Source of the DNA: Paramoeba atlantica
Lineage: Eukaryota; Protista; Discosea
Reading direction: 5' to 3'
Assembly: GCA_977017575.1 (NCBI GenBank)
Contig: CDRNVI010000012.1
Coordinates: 744,001 to 808,000, forward strand
DNA length: 64,000 bases
Shown here: positions 11,275-22,791 of the stretch, in pieces
Numbering within the stretch: position 1 is the first letter of the stretch
Layout: each line of letters opens with the position of its first letter
Notes under the pieces: generated by a model
Database searches by the model: none
Told to the model about the DNA's origin: nothing
Seen by the model: the letters and a program-made list of their open reading frames with translations, nothing else
Program-made: the position numbers and the translations under genes

Positions 11275-12500
11275 AAATTTTTTATTTTTATTTTTTTTTT
11301 TACAAATCATATTCTGTTTTCTTCCGTTTCGTATTGGCGCTACCCCCCTTGTCAGGGGGATAGTAACTAACTAAGCTTACGCGTCTTTGTAAGCTGGCTA
11401 TTGAATAACTAAATATTAAATTTTAAACTTGCGACAACGCTTTGCCCATTTGAGCGTTCAGAATGACACCGTTTAATTCTTGTAGATGCATTCCAAAATC
11501 TCGCACTACGGTTTCACGATCACGTCCGTTTGCATCAGCTAATGCCTTCAGAAGGGCGACACTGCTTTTGTTCATGGCTCCTCCGGCAAGCACTGATAGG
11601 CATACAAATTTTTCCCGAGGAATTAGATCGGAGTTTACATAAGTGTCCAGCTTCCTTTTTTCTGCTTCCTGCATCAGTTGGGCTCCCCGTTTGTGGATGT
11701 TTGATTTCGATAGTTCATTTGTTACCGTGAAATCATAAAATATTTCACCCGACACCCAAAAGATCACGAGGTCCGGGCCGCTTCGATGGAAGGATGTGGT
11801 TCCACATGTTTTCTGATGCTCCTGTTTTCGCTGTTCGCTCACCGCTTCGGTACATTTAAGGCATCGGTATGATGTGAATTGTCGCGGTTCACGCTCGCAT
11901 GGGATCCCGGCTCGCAGACATAGATCGTATATGTGCCGAACTAGTGCATTGTGCCTTGTCGTTGCATTTGCCCCCGTGCATTTTACACAGCCAAGTAAAT
12001 GTGCCAGAGAGTGTTTAGACTCAAGGATCATCTTGCATCCAGGGCACAGAAAATTATTCGGCATTCTTCTGTGCGCGATTCCGAGTCGCGCCATTACCAC
12101 CAGTGTGAATTGGGAGGATGGGATGCATCTCGTTCTGCCTTGTAGCCAGTCGTGGTTCCCCTTCTCGCTGCACGCTTTTACCAACGGTGCTACCTCCTCA
12201 TTTTTCTTAGTGAGTTCCTGATATACCTTCTGATTTAACATTGCATCTGTCACGGCACCATCATCACTTACTACTTCGCTTTCCCGCATCATCTCTTCGT
12301 CATGCGTTAACCGAGCTGAGTTGATTTTACAGCGCTCTAGAGAAACGCGTTTCGAAGAATTGTAAGCAGCATTGCGAGTTTCGGCCGATGATGGTAGACC
12401 GAGTCCACCTTTCTTGACGGGCAGTCGACACCAGGAGATGTGTTTGTCGGACATTTTACCGAGCCATGTGCGCATTACCTCTTCAACCTCCTTATCGAAT
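11275..12500 (-). mobile_element. 5'-truncated CRE-clade element (RLE domain + 3' UTR + A-rich tail)
   Basis: LPVKKGGLG, CPGC, TRHNAL, RSGPDL, FYDFTV. Confidence 0.85.
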
Positions 12501-12504
12501 TGTT

Positions 12505-12913
12505 TACATCCTTGCAAAGCCCGCCGCATTCGTTCCGGCCCAGATCTTGCCATCATGTGGCCTCACATCGGTGAGGTGCTCTATGATTTTACAGTGGTTC
12601 ACACGTGCTGTACTAGCTATGCCAAACAAACCAGCTCTGCCCTCATGCAACAGGTCGCCGACAGAAAGTACAAGAAATATGTGGTTGAGAAAGGCGTCGA
12701 CAGCGATTCATTCAAATGTCTGGCCGCAACAGATTGCGGCCTGCTACATGTTGATACAAAGGCCCTATTAAAGGCTCTCTCACAAAGAGCGAAGCTGAAC
12801 TATGATAACGTGCGCAACGCGTTCCAACTCGAGATTGAGAAGATGACCGCTTACACGATAGTATCTCAACTCAGAGACTACATCCCGGCAGAGAAATGGA
12901 TGGGAGGACTTCG
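12505..12913 (+). pseudogene. CRE-clade RLE C-terminus, completed at 21698..21704 (GGLR|L*)
   Basis: RSGPDLAIMWP..LYDFTVVH; rejoins in frame across the YR element. Confidence 0.8.
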
Positions 12914-13109
12914 TATAAGTTTACGATAAGAAATTTAGGAGACTTTATTTTGTTGATATTGCAGATGGTGCCCCGAAAGGGGTCTAAACTGTTTTCAAAT
13001 TCTACCCCGAAATGGGTCTAAACTATTTATCTATGTACCAGGGATAGATTGAGGTAATTATAAATATACTGTATATTAGTGACATTTCCTCCTATAAACA
13101 ACAAAAACG

Positions 13110-13678
13110 TAGAACCAACCCGCCAAATGGAGCCCGCGACCCCATGGCATATCAGAAAGTTGCGCGCCAAACTCATACCAAGGGATTCGATAGCGGTGTT
13201 GATCTGTTGGAAAGCCGCGGGCCGATGGACCGAGGTAGCCGAATTGACCAAAGACCGGTTTGTCAAGGTGGACGACAACGAAGTAATTGTGTATTGGGGG
13301 CGGCAAACGAAAACCACACGACTCAACCCGTATCGGTTATCCATGTGCACAACGATAGTGGGTCCAGGGACTCCAGAGATAGCTCAACACGTCAGGCATA
13401 TGATTGCAGGGCAGCGCATAAGCGCCACGACAGTACGGGAGATGGATCTCCGAATACGCAAGATTCTGGGCCCGAAATTCGGAACACATTCCATCAAGCG
13501 CGGAGCGGTAACGTACCTGTTTCAGGAGGTTGCTCTAGGAAGACTAACAATATCAGACGTTCAAAATCTCGCAAAACATCAGCACATTACCTCCCTATTA
13601 CGGTACAACGCAAACCTGGTGACCACCGCGAGAGCGCTCGGTACACAGCGAGCTTCGGCTCTCCTGCAACTCCAATAA
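13110..13678 (+). pseudogene. Tyrosine recombinase C-terminal half
   Basis: AGRWTE (R), GTHSIKRG (HxxR), KH...LLRY (H, Y). Confidence 0.9.
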
Positions 13679-15320
13679 CACAAGCTGATGTAGATAGGTG
13701 CCTCGAGCAGGTCCGACATGTTAAGCGGTATAGCATTATTTGTGCAAGGAGAACTTCGCGCTTAGCTAAGGCGCAGGACATGCATCACCCCTTACACGTT
13801 AAGACGGGAATTCCTACTATGGAACTGGATAAAGTTAAGTCTTGGATGAGGAATGACACGCGAAGCCGACTAGAGCGCATTATGAATAAAATGTTTTGCA
13901 CCAAAGTACCACCACAGCCTGAACCATCCATTAAAGGGAATCTTCTTACGAAGGACATCAACGAACTGATCACAGCGAATGTTATTCAACGAGTTTCGGA
14001 TCAAATGGCCCGCGACATACCGACTATACAGTACCTCGTACCCTTTACGGTGGTGGAAGCTGACGAATCAGGGAAATCCAGACGACGTTTTATTTCATGG
14101 ACTAAGGATGACAATGAACGCCTGAAGGAATATGATCCGCTCGTGCCGCTGCTCCATCCGGCGAAATACCTTCATCGTGTGGAAATGGAGGTCGGGGTGA
14201 AAAGAGATCTCAAATGTGGTTTCTATCAGGTCCCGGTCCCAGAGCGCGCGCGCGCGAAGTTTCGGTTTCGTGATTCCCAAGGAAATCTCTATCAGATGAA
14301 AGTTATGCCCATGGGGCATAGATGTGCCCCGGAAGTGATGCATACTATCACGTCCGTGCTGGCCGGTGACCCGGGAGTGTGTAAACCGGAAGCGAGTTTT
14401 GCAAAGAGCAATGTTGATATATATATCGACGGGATTCGCTACACAGCGAGCAAAGAGGAAGCCATTGGATATGCCAAGCGGATTGATTCCCGCTGTAGAG
14501 AAGCTAATGGAGCCTTTAAGGAGCATGGCTCACCCCCGGAACTGGAGTATGTGTTTAATGACGTAAACTACGATCATATAGTGCACAAGGTCAGCCTGGG
14601 ACCTCGAGTACTACTGAAGTTACATCGTGATCGATTTAACACTATTACGTACGCCCAATTGGAGACGGCGGTGGGGCGTCTCCTCTACGCCTCAGCAGTC
14701 CTTGGGTATGTTATTCCGCGTTTTCATTTTACGCTCAAAATTGCGAGGCGCCGTATTAATATGTTAAACCGAAATCTTCACCTAGCGGATAAGCCGGTAC
14801 CTCTTCCTAAACCCACGAGATGCATCCTAGCCGAGTGGCGGGACGAAGTGCTAAAGAATATACCCATTGAACCACCTCCGCACCCAGACGTCGTGCCCCA
14901 TACGCACCGCCTATATACCGACGCATCGAGCAAAGGGTGGGGAGCAGTGCTATATCTCGATGACGGGGGGTACAGATTACAGGTGACTCTTGGCCCAAAG
15001 AATTTAAATATGAGGTAAATCATGCCGAGGCCATGGCCGTAACCAATGCTTTGAAGGACTTCAAACATCACTTTGAGAAGGGGACGTGTATTGACTTATA
15101 CATAGATAACACGTCTTGTCAGGGCGCCATTAATAAACGTATGGCGAATTCCGATAATATCGCTAGCGAACTGAAGAAAGTTTTACTGATGAATCAGAAT
15201 CAAGGGATTTGCATCAAAGCGCGGTACATACGGTCCGAAGACAACCCAGCAGATCCCGTGAGTCGTTTAGATAGGCATACAAAATTTCATAATCTACAAC
15301 AATTGGTCAGCCGCCACTGA
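13144..15320 (+). CDS. RT/RNase H ORF overlapping YR in the -1 frame; one frameshift in a G-run near 14970
   Basis: RDLKCGFYQV, MPMGHRCAP, YIDG, YTDAS..GWG, YIDNTS, NPADPVSR. Confidence 0.85.
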
Positions 15321-15437
15321 CTGATTGTTGCCGAAAATAGTTTTTACCAAAAAAAAAAAAAAAAAAAAAAAACAGAAAGTTAGAACTCATACTCTTCCCC
15401 CCTATTAATTGCAAAAAAAAAAAAAAAAAAAAAAAAA

Positions 15438-18400
15438 TTGCCATCACTCGGCTCCATCTGCGCACTTTCCATGAGCACCTGCAAAGACGTTCCACACTGT
15501 TGCAGATTCCTCTGGGCGAGCATCCTCACGCAATCCTTGACATCCGCAGTGAAGGAAAACACGGTAGAGGCATGGACACTTCTCGCAATGCTCCCTAAGT
15601 GTGTCCTACCAGCACCTTTCCGAGGCGGTCGCAAAGGCCACACATCATACTCTACGTACGTCGAAAACCGCATGAAACTGTGGCTAGCGGGGGAGTACCT
15701 CTTGCTATGGGAAGATGCCCAGAGGGATCATTATAAAAAGCGCTCCAGATCACGCGACTCCGAAATCGATGCAGACAGAGCGGCAATTCGAGCCGAACTC
15801 TTGGCCCGCCAGGGGGAATTTTCCAGGGGAATGGCAGCCCTAACCGCAGCCCCCATGGCGCCAGACAATGCAGATACCCTCGAAAAGCTCTTGGAGAAGC
15901 ATCCAGACCCACACGAAAATCCCTTGCAGAATGATCTACCACCGATCGAGGGCAACCCCCTACACCTAGAGGAAACAGAGGTCAAAAAAGCGATCGTCAG
16001 CTTCCGCAGGGGATCTTCAGCCGGCACGATGGGACTTCGTCCAGAGCACCTCCAGGCAGCCATCTTGGAACATGTGGACAAGGATGTGAATCCTCTCTCG
16101 GCCCTCACGCGACTAGTGAACCACATGCTTCAAGGAAAAGCGCCACAAGACGTCCAATCATTCTACGCTGGAGCCCGGCTCTGCGCCCTGGAAAAAGGCG
16201 AGGACGATGTTCGACCAATCGCAGCGGGTGAAACCCTTAGACGCCTCGTAAGCAAGGCGGCATGTATCTCGATAAAGGAGAAAGCGGGTACTCTGTTCAA
16301 CGGGCGACAATATGGTGTAGCAGCCCCCGCGGGAGCCGAACGAGTTATCCACCTCTGCCGGAGAGCCATGCTCAATAACCTGGGGAGTGACAATTTTGTC
16401 TTCTGCAAAGTGGACTTAAGAAACGCTTTCAATAACGTCAGCAGGCCTGTTCTCACCCTAACCACGCGCTTAAATTTCCCCGAACTCTCACCTTGGGTAG
16501 AGTGGTGTTACTCCAAAGTGAGCTGTCTTACCTACAGAGACAATGTCATACCCTCGGCAGAGGGGGTACAACAAGGAGACCCACTAGGCCCTCTTCTCTT
16601 CTCTCTAGTACTATCCAGTGTAACAGAAGAAATATCGTCTCGGTCGAATCTAGACACTCAACTTTGGTACCTAGATGACGGGGTACTCATAGGGGAGGCT
16701 GAGGAGGTCAGGAAGGCGCTCGATGTTTTTTCCAATGTTGGCTCCCGATGCGGACTTTTCCTAAACCCATCGAAATGTGAGATAATAACACCGCCTGCTT
16801 CATCCCATCTCACAGGATTATTTCCAGAGATACCGAAGACTAAAACTCGTACTGATGGAAATTTCGACATCTTGGGCTCCCCGATTGGGTCAGCGGAGCA
16901 TTGCGTGGAGTTTCTCAGGTCAGAAGCCATTGAGCCCGCACGCGAAACACTAGACGCAATAGGTTTCATAGGAGACCCACAAGTAGCCATGTCCCTCATC
17001 CGGCAGTGCACTGGATTCTGTCAAATGGTCTACGCACTTCGCACGACACCCCCTCAGGCGCTTTCTGAGCTTTGTAATTCCCTTGATGAAAATGTTCTAA
17101 AAGCCGCGGAATGGGCACTTTTCCCTCTGGATTCCCACGCGCGTGACCAAATCCAACGTAAGAAGCGCAACGGGGGTTTTGGTCTCAGGTCTTCGCTCCT
17201 CCACGCAACAGCAGCATATGTCTCCTCCGTTGCGCACGCCGCCGATGCAGACGATTGGGACCCTTCAGAAGCCGAGGGATTCACCATTTCCGTGCAAGAC
17301 GTGAATAGAAAGGCGGGGGTAGAACTTGTGGATCCCGGTACAGGACGCATCCCGAAACAGAATAAACCACATCCAGAGTCCAGCCAAAGACACAACCTCA
17401 CCTCGAGAAGCAAACGCCCACGACACATACTCAACAACATGGACGCGGATAAGACGGCCGAGCCGGAAATGGTTATCCCCCGGCAGCAGCAACTGAGCCA
17501 AGCCATATCGCAGCAGGAATTCACTACAGCCTACGGCCAGGCCGACCCCCGCACCCGAGCACGATGGGTTTCTCAGTCAGGAAAGGGAGCTGGGAGCTGG
17601 GCCTTCGTCACGCCCTCAAGGAGTAAAGGTTTTGCTTTCACACCAACCGAGTTCCGCACGTTATCGCGCTGGTGGTTTGGCATGGACATTTATGGCCAAG
17701 ACCGCCCCTGCCCAGCAAACGGGTGTTCCCTACCCCTACAGAAAAATGGGGAGCATGCATTATTGTGCAAGAACGGACATGGCCTCATCACGCGGCACAA
17801 TGCGCTTTGTGTAGAATTCGCCTCCTTTTGCAGCAAGGCCAACATGGCTCCCCAGCGAGAAAAAAGTCTAGGAAATCGGGGGCCAGGAGGGGGTCTCACC
17901 AGACCGGCTGACGTTTTCCTCCCCACGTACACTCTAGGGAAAGGCATGGTACTAGACTTCGCAGTCACCCACGCACAGCAAACAAAGTATTTGGACTCTG
18001 TCCGGAATGCTAGCTGGGTGGCTGCAGGGTCTTTCGCCGAGCATTACTCAGAAACGAAGGAAAAACAACGTCAAGAAGCAGAAGAAGCACAACTAGGGTT
18101 CACGGCCATGGTTGTCGAGTCTTTTGGCTCGTGGAGTAAAAGCGCAATGGCGGTCTTATGGAAGGTGGGAGCACTACGCGCCAACTCGTCAAAAGGTCTT
18201 CTCACGGATGCTCAAGCCCGAAATGACCTTCTGAAAGAGCTTAACGTCACACTCATGCGCTCTCAGGCCCGCATGATGGTCTCCCGGATAGTCGTCAGTG
18301 ACCCCCAAGCTCCCCTGGAAGGGGAGTAGGGCCCACAGGCATGGTCCTCTAGGGTAACAAGACGATTAGGGTGCTGGTCGCGTCGACAGAGTCTATACTC

Positions 18401-18868
18401 ACGCCTAGCCCGCGAGGGCTAGGTACCCCAAGTGAGGTAGTACACGGGTAGTGAATCTCCTCCCCGTCGGCCAGCATCCTGTTTCGCGACCGTGTCGCTG
18501 TCGACACAGGCCCGCGCCTGCACCCTCCCATATAGCAAGGGAAGGGTTCACAAGTCAGGCCGTGGAGTGGTCGAAAGACCCGGTCCGGAACGCGCGAATG
18601 GATTGGGTCTGTATTGCTTGTTTTAGTTTTTACTGTTTCTTGTTTGTAGTATATACTTAGGGGAGATTAAATTGCTAGTTTTGGGCTGAGAAAAAACAAA
18701 AGGTACATCTGTGGAAACAAAAAGAATTGCTAATTTGATTGCTTGTTTTTAACTCGTATACCCCCCCAATGGACCTACTTGGTTCGTCTACTGGGTCAAA
18801 ATATAGAGGCAATGCCGCGATTCATACTTCTCCCCCCTTATTAATTGCAAAAAAAAAAAAAAAAAAAA
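15438..18868 (+). mobile_element. 5'-truncated CRE-clade RT-RLE retrotransposon of a distinct family, with structured 3' UTR and poly(A)
   Basis: LRPEHL, VRPIAAGETLRRL, QQGDPLGPLLF, WYLDDG, RHNAL, RPADV; A-tail 18849-18868. Confidence 0.9.
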
Positions 18869-19505
18869 CTTTAACGATAAAGATACAGTTTCTGTACCTT
18901 GTTGTTTTCTTCCATACACGATCTTCCAGACCATGGGAGGGCACCCCCCTCAAATACACTCCTTTTTGTCGGCATCCCCCTTCCCCGTCTCGTCCCATCA
19001 CCCCCCTGCGCCGCATCCCCCCACCTCACCCTCCCTCCGCAGTGCGCTTGCCCCCCCGTTGTGTTTCTCTCTCGCGTCCCCCACCCCCGTGTCAGCAGCC
19101 AAAAGTATACAATACTTGCTCACGGGGTGGGGGCAGAGTTCCTGGCAGATGGGCCCGTGCTTCGCCTCCTCTCGCCCCTGCGTCAGTCCCCCCGTGTCTC
19201 TCTCCGCGCTCTTCTCCCTCGGCGTGACGACGTCTTTGTGTTTCGTGGCCTCCACGTCTCCCACCCTCGTACGGCAACCAAAAGTATTTATTACTGCTAA
19301 CGGGGTGGGAGCGGAGGTGCAGGACCATACGGGCCTGGGTGCATGCGGATCGGTGAGTGGGGTAGGGAGTGGGGGAAGGGAAGTACGAGAGGGCTAAGAG
19401 GAGTAGGTGTGGAAAGTATGGGGAGTAAGGGAAAGTGAAGGGCCGTAAGTGTGGAAATTGTGGAAAAGTTGGACTCCATACATAAAAAAAAAAAAAAAAA
19501 AAAAA
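18869..19505 (+). ncRNA. SL-capped, polyadenylated retrocopy without a convincing ORF; two related hairpins
   Basis: SL 18869-18904, A-tail 19484-19505, hairpins at about 19078-19133 and 19259-19310. Confidence 0.55.
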
Positions 19506-19557
19506 GCACGAAGACGCCATGATAGTCTTCAGCACGAAGACGCCATGATATCCAGGA

Positions 19558-20057
19558 CGGGTGCTGGTCGGGTCGACAGAGTCTATGCTCACGCCTAGCC
19601 CGCGAGGGCTAGGTACCCCAAGTGAGGTAGTACACGGGTAGTGAATCTCCTCCCCGTCGGCCAGCATCCTGTTTCGTGACCGTGTCGCTGTCGACACAGG
19701 CCCGCGCCTGCGCCCTCCCATATAGCAAGGGAAGGGTTCACAAGTCAGGCCGTGGAGTGGTCGAAAGACCCGGTCCGGAACGCGCGAATGGATTGAGTCT
19801 GTATTGCTTGTTTTAGTTTTTACTGTTTCTTGTTTGTAGTATATACTTAGGGGAGATTAAATTGCTAGTTTTGGGCTGAGAAAAAACAAAAGGTACATCT
19901 GTGGAAACAAAAAGAATTGCTAATTTGATTGCTTGTTTTCAACTCGTATACCCCCCCCCAATGGACCTACTTGGTTCGTCTACTGGGTCAAAATATAGAG
20001 GCAATGCAGCGATTCATACTTCTCCCCCCTTATTAACTGCAAAAAAAAAAAAAAAAA
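19558..20057 (+). repeat. Second copy of the 3' UTR of the 15438..18868 element, with poly(A)
   Basis: Near identity to about 18370-18868. Confidence 0.85.
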
Positions 20058-20264
20058 GGAAGGGTTCATAAGTCAGGCAAAAGGAAGGGTTCACAAAAAA
20101 AAAAAAAAAAAAAAAACTATATATATACGTTCTTTAGTTATTCATGCACACGTGTACGACGAGGACACGTGTTTGACGAGTGAAAGGGTGCTGTACTGTG
20201 GTTAGTTGCGTTGGGTTGTCGTGAGGGGATGGGAGGGAGAGTGAGGGAGTGAAGGGTGCGAGGA

Positions 20265-20978
20265 GAGTGGAATCAAAACACTTTCTAGCACACTTGCTCG
20301 GTTGCGTTAAATGCACAGGCGCAAATGCGACAACGCGACATCATGCTCTCGTTCGTCATATTTACGACCTCTGTCTTCAGACCGGAGTCCCATGCGAGCG
20401 GGAACCGAGACAATTCACCACTTATCGATGCCTGAAATGTAATGAATCGGTGAATGAACAGCGCAAACATGAACATCAGAAAAAGTGTGGAACCGCATCA
20501 TTCCATCGCAGCGGACCAGACTTAGCAATTTACTGGGCGTCCGGTGAGATATTCTATGACCTCACTATCATAAATGAAATATCCAAGACGAATCTCGGTA
20601 AACGGAGCAATCAGCTAATGCAGGAAGCCGAAAAACGCAAAGTCGACACGTATGTTAACTCGGATCTAATACCTCATGAAAAATTTACATGCGTATCAAT
20701 ACTCGCCGGAGGAGCAATGAACAAAAGTGGCCTGGCTCTCCTGAAATCTCTGGCCGATGCTAGCGGGCGTGATCGCGATATCGTTGTGCAAGATTTCATA
20801 ATGCACCTCCAGGAGTTAAACGGCACTGTGCTGTGTTCTCAAATGAGCAAAGCACTATCGTAGGTCAAATATTAAATATATAGAATTATAAGATTTAGCT
20901 TACAAAGACGCGTAAGCTTAGTTAGAACTACCCCCATACAATGGGGGGTAGCGCCAAAAAAAAAAAAAAAAAAAAAAG
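20265..20978 (+). mobile_element. CRE-clade 3' fragment (RLE + 3' UTR + poly(A)), same family as 11275..12500
   Basis: TRHHAL, RSGPDL, FYDLT; shared 3' UTR hairpins. Confidence 0.85.
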
Positions 20979-22007
20979 AGTGGAGGTGTGTAACGAGACT
21001 TGGTGTGCGTGGTGACGTGCGAACGGGTTGGTTCGCGACGTGGTGGGCATAACGCCCGTTCGTAAGTTACAGGGAATGTTTGCTAGGTTAAAGAGCTCTA
21101 TTTTGTGATACTTGTGATACTTAGTATATTTTATTGATTACAAAGGAAATGGGTATAGCGGGATAAATCTTCTATTTATACATGGGAAATATTGATTTCT
21201 TTGTTTACCTTATTTTACGAAGTTTATGGCAGAAGAAAGGGTCCGTTGATTTCTATAAGTTTACGATAAGAAATTTAGGAGACTTTATTTTGTTGATATT
21301 GCAGATGGTGCCCCGAAAGGGGTCTAAACTGTTTTCAAATTCTACCCCGAAATGGGTCTAAACTATTTATCTATGTACCAGGGATAGATTGAGGTAATTA
21401 TAAATATACTGTATATTAGTGACATTTCCTCCTATAAACAACAAAAACGTGCCCACCCACCCAACCCCCAACCATTTCGCGACGTGGTGGGCATAACGCC
21501 CGTTCGTAAGTTACAGGGAATGTTTGCTAGGTTAAAGAGCTCTATTTTGTGATACTTGTGATACTTAGTATATTTTATTGATTACAAAGGAAATGGGTAT
21601 AGCGGGATAAATCTTCTATTTATACATGGGAAATATTGATTTCTTTGTTTACCTTATTTTACGAAGTTTATGGCAGAAGAAAGGGTCCGTTGATTTCGTT
21701 GTAAGAAGTCAGCGGACACGTCTATCTGGAATATTTATATTTATTTATTTATTTATTTATGAGAAGCGAACTCATGTCACAAGCGAAAGGCATTTCTAGA
21801 ATGCTTAAATCATAATTCGATGCTCCTTCTAATTGGTTTCATTTTATTTATTCTTGTTCATTATGTATTTGATTGCTTTTTTTTTTATAAGACAACTCAC
21901 CGTCGAAAAAAAAGGTCTAACAAAAGATCACTATCGCATGCTAACATATATAACATGCCTATAGTTCGGCATATGATATTACATTCGCCCTTGTCAGGGC
22001 CTTCCGC

Positions 22008-22631
22008 TTACACTGGCACTGCATGCAGCTTGACATGACGCATTCGCACAATGGCTGACACCAATTTTCGGAGGAGAACCAAGAACGGTACCCATGCGAA
22101 ATCGTACGAGTGCTGGAAAAAAAGGCACAGAGCAGAAAAGGGATTTAGATGCTCAATGGGCCATAATTTTGTTGCGCTCAAAGTGATTTCTGACGGATTC
22201 CTCGGCTCCACGTAAATCTTGGACAGCAGTTTTGAAGATTGGAACAGAGCAGAAAAGGGATTTCGGCGCTCAATGAACCAATCTTCTGATCTACCGACCT
22301 TGATTTCCGTTGCCAAAATCAGCGTCGCATCATCCCAGCGAAAACTCGCTATCCGAAATAAAAGCGTTCGATTTTTTTCACTGACTCGCGTAGCGCAAAT
22401 ATGGCGAATGAAATCCTCAGGACTGGACCGAGCAGAAGAGGGTTTTACAGGCTCAAGGTCAGGCGAAAAAGAGGTCATACACTTTGTTTTCATGAATGCT
22501 AAATGCAAATGGAGGTAGTCTTGCACTTCAGATCGCGAAGAGTCACAAGGCAGGATTTGAATTGTACGAATGCTGCTGTCCGCGGCCGCTTTCTCCTTAC
22601 CACCGTCGGGGCCTTTGCCCCAGGACATATG
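22008..22631 (-). CDS. Orphan ORF (about 207 aa, MSWGKGPDGG...) preceded by a full SL relic
   Basis: SL at 22659-22694, U-rich leader, internal RNPFSAL/LNPFSAL repeat; no recognisable domain. Confidence 0.5.
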   Translation of the reverse strand, partial: HMSWGKGPDGGKEKAAADSSIRTIQILPCDSSRSEVQDYLHLHLAFMKTKCMTSFSPDLEPVKPSSARSSPEDFIRHICATRVSEKNRTLLFRIASFRWDDATLILATEIKVGRSEDWFIERRNPFSALFQSSKLLSKIYVEPRNPSEITLSATKLWPIEHLNPFSALCLFFQHSYDFAWVPFLVLLRKLVSAIVRMRHVKLHAVPV

Positions 22632-22658
22632 AAAAGTTAACTGAGTAAGGAAAAAAAG

Positions 22659-22694
22659 CAACAAGGTACAGAAACTGTATCTTTATCGTTAAAG
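22659..22694 (-). other. Spliced-leader-like exon relic
   Basis: Identical 36-mer; abuts the minisatellite. Confidence 0.75.
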
Positions 22695-22758
22695 AAGGGT
22701 CTAACAAAGAAGGTCTAACAAAAGAAAGGGTCTAACAAAAGAAAGGGTCTAACAAAAG
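22695..22758 (+). repeat. Short minisatellite array (AACAAAAGAAAGGGTCT)n
   Basis: Visible tandem units. Confidence 0.9.
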
Positions 22759-22791
22759 ACCTTTACTTTTATTAAAGCATCGTACGTCGCC

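Larger units (their letters stand above)
12914..21697 (+). mobile_element. VIPER/TATE-like YR retrotransposon (element 2), gag deleted, with nested non-LTR inserts at about 15345..20978
   Basis: A1 12914-13110 = A2 21254-21450; B1 21032-21253 = B2 21476-21697; YR and RT/RH remnants. Confidence 0.85.
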
